32,000 nucleotides of DNA, from NCBI RefSeq assembly GCF_000179635.2, contig NC_014825.1, positions 60,001 to 92,000 of the forward strand. Reading direction: 5' to 3'. A program made the translations under genes and the position numbers. The notes beneath the pieces were generated by a model, which saw only the letters and a program-made list of their open reading frames with translations, was not told the origin of the DNA and searched no databases. Position 1 is the stretch's first letter. Each line of letters opens with the position of its first letter. The DNA is from Ruminococcus albus 7 = DSM 20455 (GTDB lineage: Bacteria > Bacillota > Clostridia > Oscillospirales > Ruminococcaceae). Below, piece after piece: positions 7,776-17,732 of this stretch.

Positions 7776-8927
7776 TTATTCGATTATATCCTTTGATATC
7801 TCAAATAATTCATCAAGGGTATAATTATCGATTTTTGATACTTCCTCTGTTTCAAGTTTATCACCGTTCAATGCTTTCGGGATATTTGAGACCGGATACA
7901 TTCCAATGTTGTCATCGTCCTTTTTACAAACTGCCACATAGGAACATTCGCCGTTTACAATTATAGCAAAATAATCATACTTTGATATAGTATCATACTC
8001 TGATCCAACCGTATTTCTTATTTCAGAAACGTTGATCGTTGACGGAACATTGTAGTTCATACTGTCATCTGATCCTATTATGTACACACCGCTTACATCT
8101 GTTCCGTCATAATCTAAGTCTGTCAAAGCAATAGCAAAAGAAGTATGTACAGTTTTAGCAGTAGAATTGGAAGCCGCATTTTTTGCCTTTTTGGCAAACT
8201 TTCTCATTGAATTATTTAATTTCCAGCCCTCACCCTCAACATTGTAGACATAGAAATAATCCTCATCAGGCTCGCCATCATTAGTGTAGTATACAGTAAC
8301 ATCATAACCTTCGGCAGCATGATATATACGGTCTATATCATCTTCTTCAGGGTCAGTATAACCCATAAATAAGTTATATAGTTCTTCACGCTGTTCATCG
8401 CTCAGCGCCTGAACATCCCCGCCGTATTCTTCAATTTTATCGAACGCCCCTGCCATCTGATCGAAAAGTATCATAAACGGTTCAATTTCTTTTTCCGTCA
8501 TCGGACCTTCTTCCACAATATCTGTAATTACATAATTAGTCTTAATGCCACCCAGTTCTTTCTCAATATCGGCTCCCTGAAGCTCGGCAAGTTTAAACAT
8601 ACCATCAACTGCTTTATCGGGATACATTGTCCTGATGCTTTTTTCAACGTCGCCCTCATTGTTAGCGTCAAAATATGCTCTTATAACATCTTCATAACCG
8701 TAAGATGATGCATTATCGCTGTCAGCTGAACTGTCTACATTGTTCAGCGAAGAATCGGAAACATCATCACCCTGAGTAGTTTCATCTTTACTGTCATTAT
8801 CAGATTTTGCCTCGGATACTACGACATCTTTATCATCATCTTTTTTCGATCCTTTAACTTTCCCACAACCCGAAAAAGCTGTACCTATAACAGTTATTGC
8901 TATAACACTTGCGAGTATTCTTTTCAT
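7776..8927 (-). CDS. Hypothetical acidic lipoprotein.
   Basis: Signal peptide with lipobox (TAFSGCGK), then a D/S-rich linker and an acidic globular region. AAAGGAGAAACAA precedes the ATG. No family recognised. Confidence 0.8.
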   Translation of the reverse strand: MKRILASVIAITVIGTAFSGCGKVKGSKKDDDKDVVVSEAKSDNDSKDETTQGDDVSDSSLNNVDSSADSDNASSYGYEDVIRAYFDANNEGDVEKSIRTMYPDKAVDGMFKLAELQGADIEKELGGIKTNYVITDIVEEGPMTEKEIEPFMILFDQMAGAFDKIEEYGGDVQALSDEQREELYNLFMGYTDPEEDDIDRIYHAAEGYDVTVYYTNDGEPDEDYFYVYNVEGEGWKLNNSMRKFAKKAKNAASNSTAKTVHTSFAIALTDLDYDGTDVSGVYIIGSDDSMNYNVPSTINVSEIRNTVGSEYDTISKYDYFAIIVNGECSYVAVCKKDDDNIGMYPVSNIPKALNGDKLETEEVSKIDNYTLDELFEISKDIIE

Positions 8928-8980
8928 TTGTTTCTCCTTTATTGAATAAAATATGTAAGACGTATGCTTACCTTTTATAA

Positions 8981-9009
8981 ATTATACATTATTGATAAAG
9001 AAATGTCAA
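8981..9009 (-). promoter_or_regulatory. Consensus sigma-A promoter of the lipoprotein gene (TTGACA-17-TATAAT).
   Basis: Minus strand reads ggaTTGACAtttctttatcaataatgTATAATtta. Confidence 0.65.
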
Positions 9010-9103
9010 TCCATAAAAAACAGCAAAAAACTGAAAACAGTTTTTTCAGAGTACCTAACCTATGTACGCAAAGGATAGATATATCCACATCGTTCATGAC
9101 TCC

Positions 9104-9143
9104 CCAACAAAAAGATCCCGAAAGTGTGATTGCTTTCGGGATC
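9104..9143 (-). terminator. Rho-independent terminator after clpX.
   Basis: An 11-bp stem GATCCCGAAAG/CTTTCGGGATC (9114-9124 / 9133-9143) followed on the minus strand by UUUUUGUUGG. Confidence 0.75.
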
Positions 9144-9160
9144 ATTATACTTGTCATATA

Positions 9161-10432
9161 TCAGACAACATCTTTCTCCTCGCGCCTGATTATCTCAGGT
9201 GCAGCACCGTCTTTTACGCATTCCGCAGTAATGCGTATGCCGGATATCGTATCATCTGAAGGTGCATCGAACATCAGCTGAGTGAGTATACGCTCAACAA
9301 CTGCTCTCAGTCCTCTTGCGCCTGTTTTCTGTTCGATAGTGACCTTGGCGATCTCTGTGAGCGCCTCGGGAGTTACCTCAAATTCAATGTTATCAAGTTC
9401 AAACAGTTTGGTGTACTGCTTTATCAGTGAATTCTTGGGCTCGGTGAGTATCCTGCAAAGCGCAGGCTCATCAAGTTCATCAAGCACTGTGATAACAGGC
9501 AGACGACCTACAAGCTCAGGAACTATACCAAACTTCACAAGATCGTGAGGAACTACCTTTTTAAGGATATTATAGTCAGAAGTCTTATCCTTGACCTTGC
9601 CGCCGAAGCCCATTGACGATGAATCTGTACGTTTCTTTATAACAGCTTCAAGTCCGTCAAAAGCACCGCCGCAGATGAAAAGGATATTCTTGGTATCAAT
9701 CTGGATAAACTCCTGATGAGGATGCTTTCTACCGCCCTGAGGAGGAACATTGGATACCGTACCTTCAACGATCTTCAGCAGAGCCTGCTGTACGCCCTCA
9801 CCGCTGACATCTCTTGTAATAGAGGTATTCTCGGATTTTCTTGCTATCTTGTCTATCTCATCTATATAAATTATACCGTGAGATGCTTCTTCAACATTAT
9901 AGTTAGCAGCCTGTATCAGACGTGTGAGCACGTTCTCAACATCATCGCCCACATAACCTGCCTCGGTAAGTGTAGTTGCATCAGCGATAGCAAAAGGAAC
10001 ATTCAGCAGCCTTGCAAGTGTCTGCGCCAGCAGAGTCTTACCTGTACCTGTGGGGCCAAGCAGCAGCACGTTGCTCTTCTGTATCTCAACGTCATCGGTA
10101 TCATCCTCAAGAGTAAGGATACGCTTGTAGTGATTATATACAGCCACCGACAGAGCTATCTTCGCATCATCCTGCCCGATTACATATTCATCAAGAACAG
10201 CCTTGATCTCAGAGGGTTTTTTAAGGGTAATACCGCCCTGCTCTGTGGTCTTGGACTTTTTCTTCTCGCTCACCTTAGCCCTTGGTGGAACTCCGCCCTG
10301 TTCTTCAAGTATATCATAGCAGAAAAGTACACACTCATCACAAATGTGGTTATTTCCTGCTGAGAACATATTTCTGACTTTGTTTTCGGGCTTACCGCAG
10401 AAAAGACATTTTTTCAGTGTATCATTAGCCAT
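9161..10432 (-). CDS. clpX: ATP-dependent Clp protease ATP-binding subunit ClpX.
   Basis: N-terminal zinc finger CLFCGK...CDEC, Walker A GPTGTGKT, and [10 protein letters not shown]. The ATG at 10432 (MANDTLKK) has AAGGTAGG upstream. The track's TTG at 10441 is less likely. Confidence 0.97.
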   Translation of the reverse strand: MANDTLKKCLFCGKPENKVRNMFSAGNNHICDECVLFCYDILEEQGGVPPRAKVSEKKKSKTTEQGGITLKKPSEIKAVLDEYVIGQDDAKIALSVAVYNHYKRILTLEDDTDDVEIQKSNVLLLGPTGTGKTLLAQTLARLLNVPFAIADATTLTEAGYVGDDVENVLTRLIQAANYNVEEASHGIIYIDEIDKIARKSENTSITRDVSGEGVQQALLKIVEGTVSNVPPQGGRKHPHQEFIQIDTKNILFICGGAFDGLEAVIKKRTDSSSMGFGGKVKDKTSDYNILKKVVPHDLVKFGIVPELVGRLPVITVLDELDEPALCRILTEPKNSLIKQYTKLFELDNIEFEVTPEALTEIAKVTIEQKTGARGLRAVVERILTQLMFDAPSDDTISGIRITAECVKDGAAPEIIRREEKDVV

Positions 10433-10443
10433 TAAGATCAAAC

Positions 10444-11034
10444 CTACCTTTTAGTGATAACCTTGTCGATCAGTCCGTACTCCATTGCTTCCTGCGCTGT
10501 GAGATAATTATCACGCTCAGTATCGATCGCTATCTGTTCAATACTCTTGCCTGAATTTTCAGCAAGGATCCTGTTGAGTTTTTCTCTGGTAGCTACCAGG
10601 TGATCGGAATGTATCTTTACATCCGTACACTGACCCGAGATACCGCCGCCGCCGATAAGAGGCTGGTGTATCATTATCTCACTGTTGGGCAGCGAGAATC
10701 TTTTGCCCTTTGTACCGCTGGAAAGCAGGAATGCGCCCATTGATGCAGCCATACCGATGCAGATAGTATTAACATCACATCTGATATACTGAATGGTATC
10801 ATATATTGCCATACCTGCAGTAACCGAGCCTCCGGGGCTGTTGATATACAGATCTATATCTTTTTCCGGATCCTGGCTTTCAAGATAAAGAAGCTGTGAA
10901 ATGACCAGGCTGGCAACATGATCGTCTATGGCCTCACAGAGCATGATTATCCTGTCGTTCAGCAAACGGGAGAATATATCAAAACTTCTCTCTCCCCTGC
11001 TGGTCTGTTCTACTACATAAGGTACAAGTGCCAT
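10444..11034 (-). CDS. clpP: ATP-dependent Clp protease proteolytic subunit ClpP.
   Basis: Active-site context [18 protein letters not shown], and the N-terminus [22 protein letters not shown]. Confidence 0.97.
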   Translation of the reverse strand: MALVPYVVEQTSRGERSFDIFSRLLNDRIIMLCEAIDDHVASLVISQLLYLESQDPEKDIDLYINSPGGSVTAGMAIYDTIQYIRCDVNTICIGMAASMGAFLLSSGTKGKRFSLPNSEIMIHQPLIGGGGISGQCTDVKIHSDHLVATREKLNRILAENSGKSIEQIAIDTERDNYLTAQEAMEYGLIDKVITKR

Positions 11035-11069
11035 TTAAATGCCTCCTAAACTAAATATAAGCATTCGCC

Positions 11070-11092
11070 CGCAAAAGTCGGGAGTTCCCGAC
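11070..11092 (-). terminator. Intergenic hairpin between tig and clpP, possibly a partial terminator or attenuator.
   Basis: Minus-strand RNA forms GUCGGGAACUCCCGAC followed by a short UUUUG tract. Confidence 0.4.
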
Positions 11093-11115
11093 GAGTGCAG
11101 GCGATATGATCTATG

Positions 11116-12396
11116 TTACTTGATAACAGCAGAATCCTTAATGATATCTACTGCCTTGCCTACAGCAAGATCCTTCTTCAGGTCTTCTGCACGCACGTAG
11201 CTCTTTACCTGCTCAACTTCCATATTGTAAGTTTCAGCAAGCTTCTTGAACTCGTTCTCTATGTCGTCATCGGTAACTTCAATATTCTCTACCTCAGCTA
11301 CCTTTTCAAGAGCAAGTCTGAGCTTGACCTGCTTTTCAGCCTGCTCAGCATAGCCCTTCTTGATGGTGTCTATGTTCTGACCTGTGAACTGCATATACAT
11401 ATCAAGAGAAATGCCCTGAGAAGCCATTCTCTGCTCCAGCTCAGCTACCATCTCATTAACTCTGTTATCATACATTACATCGGGGATCTCAGCAGTCATG
11501 TTCTCAACTACCTTATCAAAGAGATCACCCTCTACCTTGGTATCAGCAGCCTTCTCAGCAGCTTCCTCCAGCTTAGCTTTAACATCAGCCTTGTACTCAT
11601 CAACAGTATCAAAGTCAGTAGAATCCTTTACCATATCATCATCCAGCTCAGGCAGTTCCTTCTTGGAGATGCTCTTCAGGTTGATCTTGAATACTGCAGG
11701 AGCGCCTGCCAGATCCTTTACCTGATACTCTTCAGGGAAAGTAACGTTGATCTCGAATTCCTCACCGGTGCTGTGACCTACGATCTGATCCTCGAAACCG
11801 GGGATGAACTGACCGCTGCCCAGCTCAAGATCGAAGTCCTCAGCCTTGCCGCCGTCAAATGCAACGCCGTCCTTGAAGCCCTCAAAGTCGATCTTAACAG
11901 TATCGCCGGTCTCAGCTGCTCTGTCATCAACAGTGATGATCCTTACGTTCTTCTCTCTCAGCTCGTCAAGCTTCTTCTGGATATCCTCATCAGTTACAGC
12001 ATTGACAACTTTTTCAACCTCTATACCTTTGTAATCCTTAACTTCAACTTCAGGTCTTGTAGTGCACTTAGCCTTCAGCTTTACACCGTTCTCCTTGTTG
12101 ATCTCGGTTACCTCGATCTCAGGCTGGCAAACCAGATCCAGCTTGGATTCGTCGATAGCACCGTTAACTACAGGTGCATACAGCAGATTGATAGCATCCT
12201 CATAGAATACCTCTTCACCATAGGTCTTCTCGATGAGCTTTCTGGGAGCCTTGCCCTTACGGAAACCGGGCAGAGCGATATTCTTCTTTGCTCTCAGATA
12301 TGCCTTCTGCAGTGCATCTTCAAAATCCTTTGCGGGTATCTCGATCTCCAGCTCATAGCTGTTAGTGCCAACATTATTTGTAGCCTTTAAACTCAT
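11116..12396 (-). CDS. tig: Trigger factor (ribosome-associated peptidyl-prolyl isomerase).
   Basis: PGFRKGKAP ribosome-binding signature, an FKBP-type middle domain (GFKDGVAFDGG...FIPGFEDQIVG), and GGAGGAATTAGAAA before the ATG. Confidence 0.96.
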   Translation of the reverse strand: MSLKATNNVGTNSYELEIEIPAKDFEDALQKAYLRAKKNIALPGFRKGKAPRKLIEKTYGEEVFYEDAINLLYAPVVNGAIDESKLDLVCQPEIEVTEINKENGVKLKAKCTTRPEVEVKDYKGIEVEKVVNAVTDEDIQKKLDELREKNVRIITVDDRAAETGDTVKIDFEGFKDGVAFDGGKAEDFDLELGSGQFIPGFEDQIVGHSTGEEFEINVTFPEEYQVKDLAGAPAVFKINLKSISKKELPELDDDMVKDSTDFDTVDEYKADVKAKLEEAAEKAADTKVEGDLFDKVVENMTAEIPDVMYDNRVNEMVAELEQRMASQGISLDMYMQFTGQNIDTIKKGYAEQAEKQVKLRLALEKVAEVENIEVTDDDIENEFKKLAETYNMEVEQVKSYVRAEDLKKDLAVGKAVDIIKDSAVIK

Positions 12397-12431
12397 TTTC
12401 TAATTCCTCCAAATTAAAATATATCTTTAAT

Positions 12432-12460
12432 ATTATAGCATACTTTTCCCTGTATTTCCA
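12432..12460 (-). promoter_or_regulatory. Putative promoter of tig (TGGAAA-17-TGcTATAAT).
   Basis: Minus strand reads acTGGAAAtacagggaaaagtatgcTATAATat. The extended -10 compensates for a weak -35. Confidence 0.45.
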
Positions 12461-12468
12461 GTACTTTT

Positions 12469-13179
12469 TTACAAATTGTCACTTTGCACAATTTTCGTTA
12501 TATCCAATGGGTCAAAATGCAGAAAATCACTTGATATAAGATGATATTCAATGCCGTCATACATACCATTGACTGCATATCCATGTGCCTTCCCGTGAAG
12601 GTGACCGTAAAATACCTTTTTCACACCATACTTATAAAGCACATCAAGTATCTCGAAATTCCTGCTTTCCACGAATACAGGCGGATAGTGCAGGAAAACA
12701 ACGGGTGTCAGCCCAGCCGAAACAGCAGACTTTACAGACATTTCCAGTCGGATCGCCTCGCGGGCTATTACCTTTGCACTTGCAGGCTCTGAATTATCAT
12801 TTACCCAGCCACGTGTCCCGCATATACCGATATCTCCGAAAGCATAGTGGTTCAGATGAAGTATATTCAGGCTTTTGAAGCCATTTTCATCGAAGAATCT
12901 CTGCATCTTCGTAACTGTGTTCCACCAGTAATCGTGGTTGCCTTTTGATATGATCTTCGTTCCGTTGAGTCTGTCAAGAAACGCAAGATCTTTTTCGGAT
13001 TCGTTAAAGTCCATACCCCACGAAAGATCACCGGGCAGCACCACGATATCATCGGGTCCCACCTTTTCCTGCCAGTTTTTTTCAAGCCTCTGTACATGGT
13101 CGTTCCAACCGCCGAAAATATTCATCGGTTTATGAACACCAAAAGAGAGATGCAGGTCGGCTATGGTGTAAAGCTTCAT
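12469..13179 (-). CDS. Metallophosphoesterase (calcineurin-like phosphoesterase family).
   Basis: Motifs DLHL, GDLSW, GNHDYWW and GHLHG. Confidence 0.85.
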   Translation of the reverse strand: MKLYTIADLHLSFGVHKPMNIFGGWNDHVQRLEKNWQEKVGPDDIVVLPGDLSWGMDFNESEKDLAFLDRLNGTKIISKGNHDYWWNTVTKMQRFFDENGFKSLNILHLNHYAFGDIGICGTRGWVNDNSEPASAKVIAREAIRLEMSVKSAVSAGLTPVVFLHYPPVFVESRNFEILDVLYKYGVKKVFYGHLHGKAHGYAVNGMYDGIEYHLISSDFLHFDPLDITKIVQSDNL

Positions 13180-13271
13180 ATTTTGCTCCTGTCTATGGGT
13201 ATATATTTCCAGTAATATCAGCCTCTGATCATGCTCATAATAAACTCACATGAAGAAAAGGAGTGATACGA

Positions 13272-13445
13272 ATGGAAAAGGATAAGATCATGGGCATTCG
13301 CTGCGATGTTGAAAACTGTGTCCACAATCAGAACGGCTGCGAGTGCACCGCGGGCAGTATACAGGTGTGCAGCACCTGTTCGGATCCCAACTGCTGCGAT
13401 GAAACGGTCTGCAGGACCTTCAAAGCGCAGGACTGCTGTCACTAG
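13272..13445 (+). CDS. DUF1540 domain-containing small Cys-rich protein.
   Basis: The sequence IRCDVENCVHNQNGCECTAGSIQVCSTCSDPNCCDETVCRTFK fits the DUF1540 pattern C.V..C.hN....C.A..I.V...C.TF. AAAGGAG lies 8 nt before the ATG at 13272. The track's GTG at 13263 is inside the SD. Confidence 0.7.
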   Translation: MEKDKIMGIRCDVENCVHNQNGCECTAGSIQVCSTCSDPNCCDETVCRTFKAQDCCH

Positions 13446-13491
13446 CATCAGCAGCGCCCTGCGGGGCGGTACATAGTTCCCCGGCGCATAC

Positions 13492-13716
13492 CTATCTTTT
13501 TCTGACAACAAGCACTATCAGCGCAATGATACCTACCGATGCAACGACAGCACCCCTGATCGAAAGCAGCACCTGTCTGAAACTGAAAAGGATAGTAGGC
13601 ATCCCGGCGCCGCCGATGATATTTTTAGAATTAGCGTTATCAAGCGTCAGAAAGATAAGTATTGCTATGCAACCTATAAAAACGGCTGCACTGACGATAT
13701 TTACTATCTTCTTCAC
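13492..13716 (-). CDS. Hypothetical small membrane protein (2 predicted TM helices).
   Basis: MKKIVNIVSAAVFIGCIAILIFL...AVVASVGIIALIVLVVRKR. It starts 5 nt after the thrC stop. No family recognised. Confidence 0.5.
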   Translation of the reverse strand: MKKIVNIVSAAVFIGCIAILIFLTLDNANSKNIIGGAGMPTILFSFRQVLLSIRGAVVASVGIIALIVLVVRKR

Positions 13717-13720
13717 GTTC

Positions 13721-15214
13721 TCACTTCACACCGAGAGCTTTGAAAACGAAGTCCTTCATCTCGTCCTTAGCGATGACCTTGGAGAAGCGGATCTCCTTAT
13801 TCTTGAGAGATGCAAGTGAAGCAGGTACAGGCATACCGGAAGCTTCGCCCAGTTCCTCAACAAGTGTGAACTCATCGCTGCCAGTATCCTTGCCCAGTGC
13901 GCTGAGTACGGAACCCGAGAACTTGTAGGGGCTTGCGGTGGAAGCGATAACTGTCTTGGTCTTATCGCCTGTTGCCTTTACGTACTCCTCATAAACTGAA
14001 ACTGCAACCGCGGTATGAGTATCGCAGGTGTAGGAATACTTGTCGTAATATTCCTTGATGGTAGCCTTTGTCTTTGCATCATCGCAGCAGCCTGCATAGA
14101 ATTCGTCAGCGAGAACTGCCTTGACTGCATCAGTTACCTCATATCTGCCCTCACTTGCCAGCTTGCCGAACCACTCTCTGATCTGTGCATCATCTTCGCC
14201 GCAGAGGTGATAGAGAAGTCTTTCAAGGTTGGAGGAGATCAGTATATCCATAGAAGGCGAGATAGTTGCATAGAACTGTCTGTTTCTGTCATAAACGCCT
14301 GTCTTGATGAAATCTGTCAGAACGTTGTTGGAGTTTGAAGCACAGATCAGCTTGTTTACGGGGATACCCATCTTCTTTGCATAGTAGCCTGCAAGGATAT
14401 TACCGAAGTTACCTGTGGGAACAACGATGTTGATCTTGTCGCCTTCCTTGATCTCGCCGTCCTTCAGCAGCTGTGCGTAGCTGGATACATAGTAGATGAT
14501 CTGAGGTGCCAGTCTGCCCCAGTTGATGGAGTTTGCAGAGGAGAACATCATGCCGTTCTCAGCCAGCTTCTCGCCGATCTCCTTGTTTGTGAAGATAGCC
14601 TTAACGCCGTTCTGTGCATCGTCGAAGTTGCCCTTGATTGCGCAAACACCAACGTTCTGACCCTCCTGAGTGGTCATCTGCTTCTTCTGCATAGCAGATA
14701 CACCGTTATCAGGATAGAATACCAGTATCTCTGTACCGGGAACGTCCTTGAAGCCTTCCAGCGCAGCCTTGCCTGTATCACCCGAAGTAGCAACGAGGAT
14801 AACTACCTTCTTATCGAGGTTTATCTTCTTGGTTGCTGTTGTCAGAAGATAAGGCAGTATCTGGAGAGCCATATCCTTGAATGCGCAGGTAGGACCGTGC
14901 CACAGTTCAAGCATATAAGTGCCGTCGAACAGGTGTGCCAGTTCAGCGATATTCTCGGTATCGAAGTTCTTGGTATTGTAAGCGCCCTCAACACAGTAGC
15001 GTATCTCAGCCTCTGTGTAGTCTGTGAGGAACTTTGAGAAAACAAAGAACGCTCTCTCTGCATAGGTCATATCTCCCAGCTTCTTGATATCATCCATGGA
15101 TATGGAAGGTATCTCGGAAGGAACGAACAGACCGCCGTCCTCTGAAATGCCCTGTGCAATAGCCTGTGCCGATGTAACATTTACACCGCTGTTTCTTGTA
15201 CTTCTGTAAAACAT
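13721..15214 (-). CDS. thrC: Threonine synthase (long form).
   Basis: N-terminus MFYRSTR, the PLP-lysine context GPTCAFKDMALQ, SGDTGKA, and SANSINWGRL. Confidence 0.95.
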   Translation of the reverse strand: MFYRSTRNSGVNVTSAQAIAQGISEDGGLFVPSEIPSISMDDIKKLGDMTYAERAFFVFSKFLTDYTEAEIRYCVEGAYNTKNFDTENIAELAHLFDGTYMLELWHGPTCAFKDMALQILPYLLTTATKKINLDKKVVILVATSGDTGKAALEGFKDVPGTEILVFYPDNGVSAMQKKQMTTQEGQNVGVCAIKGNFDDAQNGVKAIFTNKEIGEKLAENGMMFSSANSINWGRLAPQIIYYVSSYAQLLKDGEIKEGDKINIVVPTGNFGNILAGYYAKKMGIPVNKLICASNSNNVLTDFIKTGVYDRNRQFYATISPSMDILISSNLERLLYHLCGEDDAQIREWFGKLASEGRYEVTDAVKAVLADEFYAGCCDDAKTKATIKEYYDKYSYTCDTHTAVAVSVYEEYVKATGDKTKTVIASTASPYKFSGSVLSALGKDTGSDEFTLVEELGEASGMPVPASLASLKNKEIRFSKVIAKDEMKDFVFKALGVK

Positions 15215-15261
15215 AAAACAACAACCCTTCTATTATATTCCCCATACGGGTAATTTTTACT

Positions 15262-15639
15262 TTACTTACTGCTTGCATCAAATGCGGATCTATAGTACTT
15301 GAAATATACCACATTACCGCCGTCGTGATGCACGACTGCAACATCGAACCTGCAGAAGGCTCTGATATGCTTTCTGGCGATATAGACCCTTGCGGTCTTT
15401 ATCAGCCTTTGCTTTTTTGTATATGTCACAGCAGCCTCACCGCTCGTCAGCGCCCCCACCTTTCGGGTCTTGACCTCAACGAAAGCTATCTTATCACCCT
15501 GTGAAGCTACTATATCTATCTCGCCGCCCCTTATAGTGAAGTTGCGTTCGAGTATATCATAACCATTTTCTTTAAGATATCCACAGACGAAATCCTCGCC
15601 GATATCACCGATACTACGGCTGTTCTGATTTTTTTGCAT
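15262..15639 (-). CDS. yraN: YraN family (UPF0102) endonuclease-like protein.
   Basis: IGDIGEDFVCGYLKENGYDILERNF..GGEIDIV...FVEVKTR. It sits in the conserved position after rnhB. Confidence 0.88.
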   Translation of the reverse strand: MQKNQNSRSIGDIGEDFVCGYLKENGYDILERNFTIRGGEIDIVASQGDKIAFVEVKTRKVGALTSGEAAVTYTKKQRLIKTARVYIARKHIRAFCRFDVAVVHHDGGNVVYFKYYRSAFDASSK

Positions 15640-16228
15640 AATACTTTTTCAGAAAACTTGGTCTGTGTATCGGGCTTTCGCCGTACTTATCTATCATCTG
15701 ATAGTGCAGCTTAGTCCCGTAGCCCTTGTGCTTTTCAAACTGCCATTCGGGGTACTTCTCAGCCATTTGCAGCATATATCTGTCCCTTGCGACTTTCGCA
15801 AGTATAGAAGCCGCAGCTATTGCCTGTGACTGTGCATCGCCCTTTACAACAGCAATCGCATCACATTCCAGGTCGGGAGTCTTATTGCCGTCTATCAGGC
15901 AGACATTCGGCTTAATCTTCATGGCTTCCACCGAACGCTTCATCGCCAGCATAGCGCAGTTGAGGATATTTATATCCTCTATCTCCGCCACCGTAGCGCA
16001 CTGTATGGAAAAATCCTGTGCCTTTTCGATTATCTCATCAAAAAGCTTCTCACGCTTTTTGGCGGTCAGCTTTTTGCTGTCGTTTATCCCCTCGATGACC
16101 GTATCCTTATCGAACACCACCGCAGCCGCGAATACATCACCTGCAAGTGGTCCTCTGCCCGCTTCATCACAGCCGCAGACTACCTCGTATTTTTCGCGGT
16201 AGATATCGTCAAACTCTTTAAGTGTCAT
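15614..16228 (-). CDS. rnhB: Ribonuclease HII.
   Basis: GCDEAGRGPLAGDV catalytic motif and SILAKVARD. I prefer the ATG at 16228 (MTLKEFDD), which lies 1 nt after the ylqF stop. The track's start at 16291 would overlap ylqF by 62 nt. Confidence 0.93.
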   Translation of the reverse strand: MTLKEFDDIYREKYEVVCGCDEAGRGPLAGDVFAAAVVFDKDTVIEGINDSKKLTAKKREKLFDEIIEKAQDFSIQCATVAEIEDINILNCAMLAMKRSVEAMKIKPNVCLIDGNKTPDLECDAIAVVKGDAQSQAIAAASILAKVARDRYMLQMAEKYPEWQFEKHKGYGTKLHYQMIDKYGESPIHRPSFLKKYYAKKSEQP

Positions 16229-16229
16229 A

Positions 16230-17126
16230 TCATCGACCTTTCGGCTTTTCAAGTGAAAGTCTGCCAAGCTTGCCGCCGCGGAATTCGTCAAGGACTGTAT
16301 TAGCTGCCCTCTCGGTATTTATCTCGCCGCCCGAGATAAGGAAGCCTCTCTTTTTGCCAACTCTTTCCAGCAGTTCATATCCCTTTACGCAGCCCTGCAT
16401 ATCATCCATAGGTTCAGGCAGATCTTCAAGAGATATCCCGTATCTATCGGTAAGCAGATCGGGATAATCCTCTGCAAGATACTCAAGCAGTCTGCACGCC
16501 AGATACTCCGTATCGAGTATAACGTCCTTGACCGCTCCCGTAAATGCCAGCCTTTCGCCAACCAGCTTGTCATCAAACTTAGGCCACAGCACTCCGGGCA
16601 TATCCAGAAGTTCAAAGCCGTCCTCCAGTGCTACCCACTGTTTGCCGCGGGTAACGCCGGGTCTGTCCTCTACCTTTGCCATTTTGGCACCTGCCAGTCG
16701 GTTTATAAAAGAGGATTTGCCCACATTGGGTATACCTACTATCATCATCCTTATAGGTCTGCCCGTCATTCCGCGGGTATCCCATTTTTCTATCTGCTCG
16801 GAAAGCAGTTCTTTCAGCATGGGATAAAATTTATTCACATTCCTGCCGCTCCTGCAATCGGTAGCCAGCGCAGGCACTCCCTGCTGTTTGTAGTACTCTA
16901 TCCACATGGAGGTAACATCAGCATCAGCAGAATCCGCCTTGTTCAGCAGGACCATTCTCGGCTTGTTTCCGCAGATCTTTTTGATCTCCGGGTTGCGGCT
17001 GGAGTATGGTATCCTTGCATCGGTTATCTCTACCACAGCATCTACAAGCTTCATATTTGAAGCCATTATACGCCTTGTCTTAGCCATATGCCCCGGGAAC
17101 CACTGTACCTTTGCTGCTTCGCTCAT
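16230..17126 (-). CDS. rbgA: Ribosome biogenesis GTPase A (YlqF/RbgA), a circularly permuted GTPase.
   Basis: VQWFPGHMAKTRR, NKADSAD (G4) preceding GIPNVGKSSFINRL (G1), and DMPGVLWPK. Confidence 0.95.
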   Translation of the reverse strand: MSEAAKVQWFPGHMAKTRRIMASNMKLVDAVVEITDARIPYSSRNPEIKKICGNKPRMVLLNKADSADADVTSMWIEYYKQQGVPALATDCRSGRNVNKFYPMLKELLSEQIEKWDTRGMTGRPIRMMIVGIPNVGKSSFINRLAGAKMAKVEDRPGVTRGKQWVALEDGFELLDMPGVLWPKFDDKLVGERLAFTGAVKDVILDTEYLACRLLEYLAEDYPDLLTDRYGISLEDLPEPMDDMQGCVKGYELLERVGKKRGFLISGGEINTERAANTVLDEFRGGKLGRLSLEKPKGR

Positions 17127-17163
17127 ATCAGCCGCCTCCTTTCATTTTCATAGATCCGGTCAA

Positions 17164-17730
17164 TCAGTTAACAAAGCCTATCCCCGCTTCACGGGAATAA
17201 AACCTGAACACTGCTTTTCCTATAATATCATCTTCGTGAACACAGCCGAATACACGGCTGTCTGAAGAATGATCGCGATTATCCCCCATAATGAAAACTT
17301 CACCCTCGGGGACATCATATTCAAATACTCCCCTATCGGGGTCGTAATTATCCATATCATAGCCGCCCATATCATCAAGGGCATGATATTTCAGATAAGG
17401 TTCGTCAAGTGCTTCACCGTCAACGAACACCTTACCGGCTCCATAGTCCACTGTGACCTTCTGTCCGCCCGATGCTATCACACGCTTGACGATCAGCTTA
17501 CCCAGTGCTTCACTGTCACATATAACGATATCTCCCTGTTCGGGCTTATACATGAACCAGGATATCACAAGCTTATCGCCGTCATACAGCGTGTTTTCCA
17601 TCGACTCGCCCTCTACCAGCACACGGCTGAAGACCAGTGTCGATACCAGCAGAACAACAAAGACCGAATTCACTATCACAAGTGCCCAGTCAAGCACCGT
17701 TCCTGTTATGCTGAAAGATCTTTCAGCCAT
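17164..17730 (-). CDS. lepB: Signal peptidase I.
   Basis: GESMENTL (catalytic Ser box), IVKRVIASGG (Lys box), and GDNRDHSSDSR. Confidence 0.93.
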   Translation of the reverse strand: MAERSFSITGTVLDWALVIVNSVFVVLLVSTLVFSRVLVEGESMENTLYDGDKLVISWFMYKPEQGDIVICDSEALGKLIVKRVIASGGQKVTVDYGAGKVFVDGEALDEPYLKYHALDDMGGYDMDNYDPDRGVFEYDVPEGEVFIMGDNRDHSSDSRVFGCVHEDDIIGKAVFRFYSREAGIGFVN

Positions 17731-17732
17731 TA

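Noticed and set aside
9716-10363. 215-aa plus-strand ORF inside clpX.
   Set aside because: It is antisense to a clear ClpX coding sequence. It has no SD and an implausible composition.
11113-12390. 425-aa plus-strand ORF.
   Set aside because: It is exactly antisense to tig, which has unmistakable trigger-factor motifs. The translation is low-complexity and L/I/S-rich, and there is no SD. It is a mirror-frame artefact.
13446-13505. GC-rich hairpins (GCGCC...GGCGC, GGGG...CCCC) between the convergent DUF1540 and membrane-protein genes, as a possible bidirectional terminator.
   Set aside because: The stems are short and no adjacent U-tract is present on either strand. They are too weak to call.
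13218-13511. 97-aa minus-strand ORF.
   Set aside because: It overlaps the DUF1540 gene in antisense and the 3' end of the small membrane-protein gene. It has no SD and no motifs.
15215-15261. T-box or attenuator upstream of thrC.
   Set aside because: Only 47 bp separate yraN and thrC, which is too short for a T-box. No specifier or antiterminator features are visible.
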